DNA of 64,000 bases from assembly GCF_033153115.1 (NCBI RefSeq), contig NW_026889764.1, positions 4,092,001 to 4,156,000 of the forward strand, in the 5' to 3' direction. Below are positions 38,455 through 49,944 of this stretch, in pieces. The position numbers and the translations under genes are program-made. The stretch's first letter is position 1. Every line of letters begins with the position of its first letter. The notes beneath the pieces were generated by a model, which saw only the letters and a program-made list of their open reading frames with translations, had not been told where the DNA came from and ran no database searches. The DNA is from Saccostrea echinata (lineage: Eukaryota).

Positions 38455-39078
38455 CCACAGGCACTTGTTTCGTATGTATACGGGGCACCCCTAATTATTT
38501 TTACCACAAGGTACGTACCTCAATTTCAGGCACCCCCGCTTTAAGCTCGTATTTTGTTCAAATATTAATCAATAACCTACTTTAAAATTATTTCGTTCGC
38601 TTTGAGAGACTTTTTTCTTGTCAAATAAATCCTTTCAGACGTCTCTGGTCGACCCTCTTTATTGTAAACCACTCATTTATTCATCGAAAATTACCTCGAT
38701 ACATATTAAAACTTTAGATGGAATACAACTTCCGGTTGGGGGTACGATAAAACCAGAGACTTCCGAGTATTCCATTCCGAGGTCTCTGGTTTTATCCTTC
38801 TTTTATAACCCCAACTGGAAATTTGTATCCCATCTAAAGTCTTGTATCGAGGTAATCAATGAGTGGTTTACAATAAAAAGGCTTGACTAGAGACATGTGA
38901 AAGGATTTTTTTGACAAGAAAAAAGTCTCTCGAAGCGAATGATATAATTTTAAAGTAGGTTAATGATTGATATATGAACAAAATACGAGCTTGAAGTGGG
39001 GATGCCTGAAACTGAGCTAGGTACCTTGTGGTAAAAATAAGTAGGGGTGCCCCGTAATTACGAAACAAGTGCCTATGG
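38455..39078. mobile_element. Near-fully palindromic foldback MITE (~620 bp)
   Basis: CCACAGGCACTTGTTTCGTA pairs with TACGAAACAAGTGCCTATGG; the arms match almost to a central loop at ~38760-38780 (GATAAAACCAGAGAC / GTCTCTGGTTTTATC). Confidence 0.8.
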
Positions 39079-40600
39079 AAAACATAGGTAATCAAAGATT
39101 ACGAAGCTCACCTCGACGAATGTTATCTACATGTAAGGCAAATTTCACATATTTTTATTCTAGTTAGGGTACATCCCAAGATCAATATCCATGCAAGTTT
39201 GATTTAATTATAGACCTGCTCAAAAACTTTTGACCTGTTTAGTAATCAAGAAAATTTTGGTCACTTCCAACATCCAAAGCAAGTCTGGAAGTTTTCATCC
39301 TCAGATGCACCATCTATGCAAGTTTAATCATAACAGGCCATAATATTATATAGCTACTCCAAAAAAATTACCCTGGTCACTCATCTGGAAAATGTACGTC
39401 AGATTCAGAATCCAAGGCAAGTCTGGAAGTGTCCATCCCTAGATATATCATCCATGCTAATTTGGTTAAAATATGGCTAAAATTCACTCATGTGGAAAAT
39501 CTAGGTCAGATCCAGCATTCAAAGTAGGTTGGTTAGTGTACATCCCTAGATGCATCATCCATGAAAGTTTGGTCTGGGTAGGGCTTATAGTTACTTGGGA
39601 ACAAGACTACTCCTAAATCTAAACCTGGTCTCACATGTGGAAAATCTAGGTCAGATCCAGCATCCGAAGCAAGTGTGGTAGTGTCCATCCCTGGATGCAT
39701 CATCCATGCAAGTTTGATCCAGGTAGGGCTTATAGTTACTTAGGAATGGACCTGCTCCTAAAACTTTAACCTGGTCACTCATCCGGAAAATCTAGGTCAG
39801 ATCCAGCATCCGAAGCAAGTGTGGTAGTGTCCATCCCTAGATGCATCATCCATGAAAGTTTGGTCCAGGTAGGGCTTATAGTTACTTGGGAATGGACCTG
39901 CTCCTAAAACTTTAACCTGGCCACTCATCTGGAAAATCTAGGTCAGATCCAACATCCGAAGCAAGTGTGGTAGTGACATCCCTAGATGCATCATCCATGC
40001 AAGTTTGGTCAAGGTAGGGCTTACAGTTACTTGGGAATGGACCTGCTCCTAAAACTTTAACCTGGTCACTCATCCGGAAAATCTAGGTCAGATCCAGCAT
40101 CCGAAGCAAGTGTGGTAGTGTCCATCCCTAGATGCATCATCCATGCAAGTTTGATCCAGGTAGGGCTTATAGTTACTTAGGAATGGACCTGCTCCTAAAA
40201 CTTTAACCTGGTCACTCATCCGGAAAATCTAGGTCAGATCCAGCATCCGAAGCAAGTGTGGTAGTGTCCATCCCTAGATGCATCATCCATGCAAGTTTGA
40301 TCCAGGTAGGGCTTATAGTTACTTAGGAATGGACCTGCTCCTAAAACTTTAACCTGGTCACTCATCTGGAAAATCTAGGTCAGAACCAGCATCCGAAGCA
40401 AGTTTTGTACTGTCCATCCCTAGATGCATCATCCCTGCAAGTTTGGTCCAGGTAAGGCTTATAGTTACTTGGGAATGAGACTTGCTCCTAAAACTTTAAC
40501 CTGGGACGCCGACGCTAACGCCGACGCCGACACCGACGCCGACGCCGACGCCGGGGGTATAGCATAAGCTCATCTCGACTTCGTCGAGGTGAGCTAAAAA
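39079..40600 (-). mobile_element. Helentron/HINE-like element, family C, carrying a 146-bp tandem array
   Basis: GTAATC-aaa-GATTAC hairpin and GCTCACCTCGACGAA at the left; (GACGCC)n and GCTCATCTCGACTTCGTCGAGGTGAGCtaaaaa at the right. Units recur at ~39771, 39917, 40062, 40208 and 40354 (period 145-146), with decayed units toward 39160. Confidence 0.8.
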
Positions 40601-41650
40601 CAGAATAAAAAATATGGTGAACCCCAGCTTTTGTTAGCCCTAGGGTACCTAAAGGATGTGGATTAATTAGCAACAGAAAAAGAAAAATGTTAAAAAACCC
40701 AAATTTGTGTATTTCGCAAAATCATGTCTTTTTATCTGTGAGTTTTGTAGAATGGCTGTCAAGTTAACAACAGCATTAGAAATAATGCATTTTACTTGAA
40801 TGATCACATCCACCTAAAAAAATTGTATGACAAAACTACTTAATATTATTCAGGGTATTATTTCTATTATGCGTTTTTTTAAGAGTATACTTACGTCTAA
40901 CATGTCTAGTAGTTAACAAAAACACATCCAAACTATTTCACTGCAAATACTCAATTTTCTAAAAGCAAAGCCCTTCTTCCAGCAGTAGAATATAATCCAT
41001 TTTGCGACTTTGATAAATTTATAACATGGACAATTATAATACTAATAAACATTTAGTAAGCTTAAACGTTTCGTACAGGATAAATGGAATTTTCAGCTAT
41101 AGATTTTTAATATTTATGCAATTTTATCATTACATTGTTTACTAAGCACGCAAACAGCAGTACACTACTACTTAAAAAGATTTTTAGTAAACTTCATATT
41201 GTGTTTACTGTATTGAATTTTGACTACGAACAATCATTTAAAAATCTCATACACCAATAAAATTTTGTTGAAACTAATTACCTTTTCTTTAGGAGGTATT
41301 GAATGTGTACGACATATTGAGTTGTAAAAATGTTTGTATTCTTACATGCACCAAAGAACACGTTTAAAGATCCCCATACAGAATAAGTATGCATGGGGTA
41401 TTGTGCGCCTACCGGACCCTTTTGTTTAGGAAGTCTTCTACGAAGACAGAGCGCGTATGTTTTGACAGGAATGAGGAAGAGTTAAATTGTCAGCCATTTT
41501 TGTACGAAACCACAACTAAATCAGCATCAGTGACGTGTTTCATAGGTTGACTACCGGGTACGAAATGTCACACGGCATTCTATCAGAGACAGTGGAAAAC
41601 GAGTGAAGCAATACATTTGGAAATTTTGCTCTCTGACCTTGGGCTACATC

Positions 41651-44600
41651 ATGTCGTCCCAGAGCTTTGTAGGCAAGGAGAGCTACCGTGTAAAGTGTGA
41701 GGAGGACATCTTAAAGATTCCAGATCTCATGACAGCGCGAGAGTATATGAAAAGCTGGGGACTCCAAACTAGGGGAATTAATAATACAGAACAAGCCGTG
41801 CAGATCCTGGTGGATCACTGGAAGAAAAATGAGAAACAAACCAAAGAAATTGTTAAGACCGAGGTAAGGAATTGTGAAAACGTGATTTAAAGTTGTGAAA
41901 TGGAAAGATTTCGGAGAAAATGTAAAGGGAAAGGCATTTAGGAAAAGGGGGGATATAATTTTTTTTTTTTTTGAACAATGGAGTCAAGAAAAACCCCAGT
42001 TTTAAATTTGAGTTATTAGTACATTTATATAACGAAATTTGCATCGATACATCGTAAGTAATTGCTTTTTAAGGGTGTTTTACTTGTATTTAATCACAAA
42101 ATATGTTGAGAATAAACGTAGTTAAAAATGACACTGGATCAGAATAATTTTAAAATAGTACAGCTGAAAATATAGAGGACTGCAGACAAGAAAGAGTTCA
42201 TATTTTCCTTGGTGATAAAAATAATCCAGAATGAGAGGACACCAATACAAAGCTAAAAAAAATATGATCAATAATGCAAACACGAGGATGGATCTAGAAA
42301 TGTTGTAGAAAGTGACGGAACACAGTTGGATTAAATAATGACTATTATTTTAAGTAATTTTTGTGAAATATTCAGATGTACTGTACATTTTTGGTAAAGC
42401 GTTTTATCATGACTTTTTCTTAATTAGCTTTTATTAAAGATTGCACTTTTTCAAAAACTACCATTTTAATTCACTTCCTTGTTCAAAATGCATCCATGCA
42501 TTTAATATTGATTTTAAATACCAAGTCATCGTTGAGATTAAGGTCCTGTCAATATTATTTCTGAAGTTTGCATATCAAATCGAAGTGTTTTTAAAAATTT
42601 AATACCTAGAATATGTTTATCATTTTTGATTTTTATAGGACGAAAAGAAGGTAACGCATTAACTGTGCTTCTTTGTGTAATTAAAAAAAGAAACACCGGT
42701 TTTGGAAATGTATAGATAGAGTTGTCTGATTTCTCTGTTTTGTCAATTAACAAAAAGAAACGCTTTTAAAGACTACTAGGGCGAGGAATAATTAAGCTTT
42801 CTTATAGCAAATTTGTAAACAATTTTATTGAAGCGTTTGGATAAATAAGAATGGGAATATTGACAATCTTTCATTTCACCAAGTGCTCATGTTCTTATTA
42901 GTCCCCTACCGGTGAAACCGGAGGGGACTATAGGTTTCCTCTGAGTCTGTCCGTCCGTCTGTCCGTCCGTCTAGCTGTCCGTCTGTCCGTCTGTCTGTCT
43001 GTCTGTCCCTCTGTCTGTCTGTCAGTCTGTCCCACTTGGTTTTCCGCACTTTTTTCCTAAACGCTTGCAGATATTAAACTGATTTTTGGTATGTGAGTGT
43101 ATCTTGATGAGTTACAGATCAAGTTTGCATTTCGTTCCGCTTCATTGATTTTTGACGGAATTACGGCCTTTTCAATTTTTACGTGTTTTCCGCAATTTTC
43201 TTCTAAACGCTTGTAGATATTGAGCTGATTTTTGGTATGTGGCTTTACCTTGATTAGTTATAGATCAAGTTTGCATTTCGTCCCGCTTCATTAATTTTTG
43301 ACGGAATTATGGCATTTTCAATTCTTAACGGGAACAGAACCAGATTACACTTGCCGGTAGGGGACTAGTATTGCTCATGCAATACTCTCAGAATGCTTGT
43401 TTTATTTTAAAGTATTTATGTGTGAATAAATAATTAGTAGCATGGATGTATACATGTACATAGTAATGTGATGAACACAGCCAACTTATATTTACAATCA
43501 TGCTTATAGAATGATAATATTGTTGTCTATCAAAAGCAAATATAGAAAGTATACCTTATGCATTTAATAATAGATTTATACAATTAGTATTTGGATGTGT
43601 TCAGTACCTATCAAAACAGATCAAGGACAAACAATATACATGTACATGTATATATCTGTATGTATTCGTATTTAACAGATATTTTACTTTGTATTTTATA
43701 ATTACCTAATTTCATTATTTTTGTAACAAGGATTTTTATTATTTGGTTTTTTTTTTTTATCTGCCTCTCCAAACGCTTTAGAAATGCACTCAAACCAGAG
43801 GCTTTCATTTACGTTACATTATTCTCATGATACATAATCATCTTTCTAAATACAATTTTAAGACCTTAAATTGTGCGATTTTGTTCGTTGTGTCTCCAAG
43901 AGCTTTTATATTTCTTCTTGTTTATGTGTATTCTAGAATGAATTTTCTAGCGCTTTCAGAGAAACACGATACTTGTAATGTAAGAGCAGAATCTCGTATT
44001 ATTAGTTTTCGCCGCGATAATTCTAGATAAAAGGCTAGCTCCACACAAGCCTTATTTTCCTATTTGCTGTTTCAAAGTGATACAGTAATTTATTCAAGTG
44101 TAACCATGTATACATTGTAGAAAAAAATATGGAAACACGTAACGGCATGGATTTTGGGTTAAATATCAAATTACACTTGATACTCCCTAATCAAAATACC
44201 CTCCATTTATAACTGTACATCACGATTTAATTACTATTAAATTGGCTTTGTAGATATCCAATGGCTTCCAAGAAGCTATGTTTGATGATCATCGCAAACG
44301 CGAAAAACTTGGAATCAAAATCGATGAGACGCTTGAATTCTTCGGAAGGTTACCAAGGCAACAACAGAGCGACCTATTGCGGTTCATTCCAGACCTTGTG
44401 CATAAATGTGAGGTCCGAAAACACGAGCTCATGTCTCCGGAATGCACAATTCTTGTAGCAGGTAAGTTGAAAAATGAATACAAGTGTTACATATTAAGAA
44501 ATTCTGAGAGATAGAATGTTAAACAAAATCTTGATATCTTAAAACATAAAAACATCCATGATCTTCCTCCCTAGGGGAAACAGGCGCAGGTAAAAGTAGC

Positions 44601-47600
44601 TTCATCAACCTTCTGCTAGAGACAAACATCCTCCCCACCAAACAACTAGCCTGTACCAGCACGTTCTGTGAGCTTCACAAGAGCAGAGATAACCGTAAGA
44701 CCGCCACATTCTATTACAAGAACTTTGAAGGTAGGGGGGCGAAATCTCCGAAGAAGATCGATATCAGTTCAAAGGAAGGTTTGAAAGAACTGACCAATGG
44801 AATCACAGAAATTGACGAGTTCATGGACGAAAGTCCCTACGAAAAAATCATAATCCAGTACCCCTTCCCATTGCTAGAGGTAAAAGTCATATAACTTCTT
44901 GTCTTATTGTAAAGGCTTCCAACCTTTATATGATATTTGATTCTTTAATCATAGAGTTGACATAAACGAGTAAAATCTAACGCCTTCTCCTTTAAAATTA
45001 ATCCATCATTCATCATTTGTTTCGACATCCGTATCCAAGCTTTCTGTTTTTTCTGTGGTAATTAAAGAACTATTAAATGTGCTTTTTTACCCCATGATAC
45101 TTTTTACCATTTGAAAGAATCCTTTTTGTTGTGTAACTGCTTCAATATTGATTGAAAGGAGGGGATCGTATTGGTGGATACTCCAGGTCTTGGAGAAAGT
45201 AAAAGTCTGGTAAAACACGTCAGCAAATATCTGGAAAAATCATTTGGCTTTATTTACGTGGTCAACAGCTCCAATGCTGGCGGAGTACACGAGGGGAGGG
45301 TAAATACCTAGCAAATTTTGAATTAAAAAGGTGTAATCTAAATTGTTGAAACGTTCCCAGCAAAATATGTCGTAAATTTAAAAAAAAAAATCAGAAAGAT
45401 GTTACGTGTACACGTACTTATGATGCATTTTCTTTAACATTTCCAGCTGAAAGACTTTCTCCGGACTGTTATTAACATGAGTGATGAAGAATTGCACCAC
45501 GATAGCACCATGTTTATTTGTAATAAATGGGAAACCGTGCCCGATAAATATAAAGAAGAAGTAAGAGACGACACAATGCGGAAGTTACAAAAATTCTTCC
45601 GGAATATAACAGAGGATCAGCTGTTTTTCATGTCCGTGGACGAGGTACTCCAAATCAATTTTTCAATCAGAGGGGTCATATTCTGGCATTTAAGTTTGCC
45701 ACCAGTAATCTTTGAAATACAAATATTTCAAGCCTGTTTTATGAAAATGCATACATCGTCTCTCATTCTGTCTCTAACTATTTAGGCACAGAAACACTAC
45801 GCCACGCTTGGTAAAATGTCACCGGAACATCATACCATGTTGACTGGAATACAGAGATTACTTCCGGCTAGTCTGGAGAATAAATTGAACCTTCACTATA
45901 GGTAATTACTGCCCATTTATCTCCCTAGGAAAGATCGCAAGATTACTGTTCTTAGAGATAAAGTGAAGTATGTTGATATCATGTTAAATAATACGATATA
46001 TTTTGATATTCAATTTGCAGTGTTACTAGGATTTGAAATCTTTTAGACATAATGAATAAACAGTTTCAAATAGTAATCAAGCTTTCGGTTTATTAATATT
46101 ATGATATTATTATAAATGTTTTGCATCCTCAGGTTTATATCTCAAATCCTGAAAAGATCTATCTACTCCTTAAAAGTTGCGAAAAACATGGCGAAATGTG
46201 ACAACATTGAGAAGCAGAAACTGATTGACGACATCAGGTCACGAATGCAGACGATCCAATGTAAGGCTTTGCAATCAGTGGACGATCTTCGACGAGGAAT
46301 GGAACATGAAATTGGAAGTCTGCACAAAAGTTTGACAAGTATAATAAATTCCGAGGAATTCCGAAAAGCTTGTAAATTCTGGGATCCGAGGGAATGTCCA
46401 GGATCAAAGGATTCGAAGAAACTTATTCGAGATGCATCAGAACTTATTGAAAATCGCGTCTGTATGAACATAGACAAGTGGGAGAGGCAATATAAAGTGA
46501 TAAAGACTCTTAAAGATAGGATTATTGCCAAACTGAGAAGGGACTGTGAACTTATGGAAGACCAGATTCGTGAGATAGAAAGTAAGTATTTTTAATTTAA
46601 TCAGTTTTAATTATAAGTACAAAAATGCATATTTAAGATCCTATTTGGCGGCGCCATCTTACAATTATATTTCAATAAATCAATTAACTTTTTATTAATT
46701 TTTCCCCTTATTGTCGAAGGTACTCTTATTGCTGGCGAAAATGCTATCATCAGAGATCTACACAAAACAATAAAAGGCGATCCAAGGGGCAAGAAACCTA
46801 AAAACAAAAAGAAAGACGACAAAAAAGATGACAGGACTGCCGACCTCAAAGTTAGATCGCTAGGGGGTGCTGTTAGTATCGCCGGGAGATTCGACAATAG
46901 CAAAGGAATCAAGTCTTTTTTCAAGACTTACAAGAAAAAATCACCGGAAGTTAGCATGGCGGAAGCAACCGATCTTTACATTCAAAATATTCTTAATTCG
47001 AAAGAACTTTACAAAAATATAGAAATTTTTCTTATGCGTTATACAAAAGGAATTGATATGGTGGCTCGCAAAATTCCGGATTTTATCGCCTCTGACGAAG
47101 AAATGATAATGGAGATAGAAAAGCAGCTTCAGGAGTCTGCTGATTGTATGCACGAAGTTCCAGAACTGATTCGAAAGTGTACTGCTTTGCTGGGAAATTT
47201 AGACTTGATATATGTTAATGATATCATGCGCAAGGACTACCGGTTGAGAGATTTGGAGTGGAGTGACAAATCAAGGCTCGGAAGTGGAGCGTTTGCTGAT
47301 GTATACGCCGCCAAACTACGGCAGGGTAACAAATCCGAAAATGTAGCCCTGAAGTTGTTTAAAGATCCAGTTAAATCTAACACTGTGAGCGATATTTTGC
47401 TGGAGGATCGCACGATGAGGTAACTATTATCTTATTCTTTATCTTGAAGGGAGAAAAATCGCGTTCGCTTGGTTTAAAAATTACTACTGTTGAGTTCAAA
47501 TGCATCATAAGGAAAGTTTATATGTTTGTTTTGTGACGTAAAGTACGCAGTTTATAACAATACTGTAGAATAGTTAACTTGCTGACCCTAGATAGTTACT

Positions 47601-49565
47601 CAAAATGGTGTTGCAAGTGTGGTCCTAACTAATCTTTTACATACACATTTATTAATCTGAAAATATATTCAATTCAAAGGAATGCATTTTTTATTTATTT
47701 TGAATCCATTATCGATTTATGTATTATATTGATTGATTGATTTGTGTTGTTTTACGTTCCTTCGAGAATTTTTCACTCATACAAGGTCTCATCCGAAGGA
47801 CCCGAAACTTTCACTCCAAAGTGCCGAGTGCTTGATGAAGGAACAGTTGCTACCTATTTTTTATCGACAAAGACCTCAGTCGCGGCCGTGATTGGAACAC
47901 ACGACCTGCCGATCGCGGAGCGAGTGCTCTACCGACTGAGCTGTCGTGACGGTGTTGTTAACTACTGAAATGCATCTCGTAACAGAAGACTAAAAAAAAA
48001 ACCAAACAAACCTGCTTCCTTTTGATCTTAACACACGAGTGGCATTTCAGTATTATACAATATTGAGATACAATATTGTGTGGCATTTCAATATTGTATA
48101 ATTTTGAATGCTACTCATATGTTAATATCAAAAGGAAGCAGTTTTTTTGGTCTAATATATACCGCAAAATTTAAGGTAATAAATATATAAAATGATATTG
48201 TCAGAAATATAATGCAAATTACATCGTTTTTATGGAGAAACATGCAATTATTCACACTTGTCAGTGTTTTGAGGACGGAATTGCTGAACAGTTATGATCT
48301 CGTGTCCTTTGAAAACTGTTTTTCATCATATTCATACCTGGTCAAATTTCTGTTTGCTCAGTATGTCCTACGAAGCATTGTTTTGATTACGTATTTCACT
48401 CGGAATTACGATGTCGAAAAGAGGCATTTTGAGTTTATTTCATTCTTTTGTTAACAGTGTAAAGTGAAAACAAAAAACTTCACCTTCAATAAATTTTATT
48501 TGTTTCCTTATATGGTTAGATGTAGATGCAAGCCATATTCATTTAATAAATGAGTTTACAGTAACATAAAAATTTGAAAATGGAATTGTCATTTAGGGAG
48601 ATGGACCACCGCAATTTGATTCGTTATTATGGCTGCACTCTCCAAGTTAAGGACAGGGGTAAATTGCATTGGATAATGATCTTAGAATTTTGCCAGTGCA
48701 CACTCAAAGACAAAGTTATCAACGACGATTATCAGAACCCCGGAACAGTTGACGAGGCGTTACAGTTAAGACCAAAATTGGAAATGGCACGATATGCCTC
48801 ACAGATTTGCCATGGGCTAGAGTATCTCCATGCAAAGGACTTGGTACATAGGGACTTGAAACTGGAAAACATCCTGGTAAGTCTGTGTTTATTACTTTGT
48901 AAACCCTTTCCCAGCGACAAATTAATGGTAAAATAATAAATAAAAGAATTAAATCACTTGTACAAATACTCAATAAGTACTTCAACAAATAAATAATCAG
49001 AGTAAAAGTCTTGTAAACAGCTGAAAAGAAGTTCGTCTTATGATGCACAAACTAGGAAATGAAAAGTGCACTAAAGTTTTTGATTTTATTTTAGATTCAA
49101 TAAATATTTTTTTTTCGAAATATTGTTTTCGTTTTCCAGCTAACTAAAGACAACGATGTAAAGTTAACCGACGTCGGTCTCTCTAAGCCCCAGGGTGATA
49201 TTTCGGGAACTCTCGCGGGATCCCCGGTTTACATGGCACCGGAAATTCATCTACAGAAAGGGATCTATAACCGGAAGGCTGACATATTTAGCCTCGGTAT
49301 CATGTTATGGGAAATGTGGTATGGCATTGACGCAGCAGACCATATTTCTGAAGTTCTCTCAAAGAAAGGATTTAAAGCCTCGGAACTTGGAATCCTTTTG
49401 GAGAAAGGACTTAGGCCGGAAATGTTTGACCGTTATCGTCCGGATCAGGAGTGGAGCAATCTCATCGTCCAATGCTGGACACTGGAAGCGAGACAACGAC
49501 CAGAGGCTCGCCATGTTCGCAGATTCTTTGACGATTTCTTACATTTGAATTCGCGAGTAAAATAA
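41651..49565 (+). CDS. Dynamin-like GTPase / protein kinase fusion (DSTYK-like family), ~1015 aa
   Basis: Exons 41651-41863, (42639-42650 microexon, tentative), 44254-44461, 44575-44879, 45159-45299, 45447-45644, 45786-45901, 46133-46581, 46720-47419, 48597-48876 and 49140-49565; all GT-AG and phase-consistent. GTPase motifs: G1 GETGAGKS, G2 ILPT...CT, G3 DTPG, G4 NKWE. Helical middle region. Kinase motifs: GSGAFA, VALK, HRDLKLEN, DVG, GSPVYMAPE, DIFSLG. Confidence 0.9.
42895..43402 (+). mobile_element. Helentron/HINE-like element, family B, in an intron of the GTPase-kinase gene
   Basis: TTATTAGTCCCCTACCGGTGAAACCGGAGGGGACT hairpin start, (GTCY)n microsatellite, ~125-bp tandem units, end CCGGTAGGGGACTAGTATTGC...GCAATAC...cttgtt. 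Confidence 0.8.
47729..47953 (-). mobile_element. tRNA-derived SINE
   Basis: The minus strand begins ...CAGCTCAGTCGGTAGAGCA (A box)...GTGTTCCAATC (B box) and ends in an (AATC)n tail. Confidence 0.7.
47987..48153. repeat. Short foldback (inverted repeat)
   Basis: CTGCTTCCTTTTGAT...TATACAATATTG pairs with CAATATTGTATA...ATCAAAAGGAAGCAG. Confidence 0.6.
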
Positions 49566-49944
49566 ACAGATTAAGGAGTGCGTGGCATTACCATTCAGCC
49601 TATTTATATATTTTCAAAATGAATGAATAATGAGGACAATAGACACAAAGTTCCACATTTAATAGAAGATTTATAGTTAATGATACTAATCACTGAAATG
49701 ATACACAAAAGACACTGGATTCCAGCGTACAAAATACATTTATTGCAACCGATCATTGACAAAATGTAAAGACACAGAAATAAAAATATACACATTTCGA
49801 GAACTTAATTATTGAAATTACTAGAAAAAACAATAAAACAATGGTGTTATAATTTTACAATAGTACAGTATTGTATAAACTAAATATAGGTCAATATTAT
49901 CTTTTTTATTCCACAAATTTCTATATGAATTGTTTACAGTTTCG

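Noticed and set aside
41651-49565. Assigning the symbol DSTYK, or calling it a bacterial horizontal transfer
   Set aside because: Orthology cannot be established without a phylogeny; about ten spliceosomal introns argue against recent transfer or contamination.
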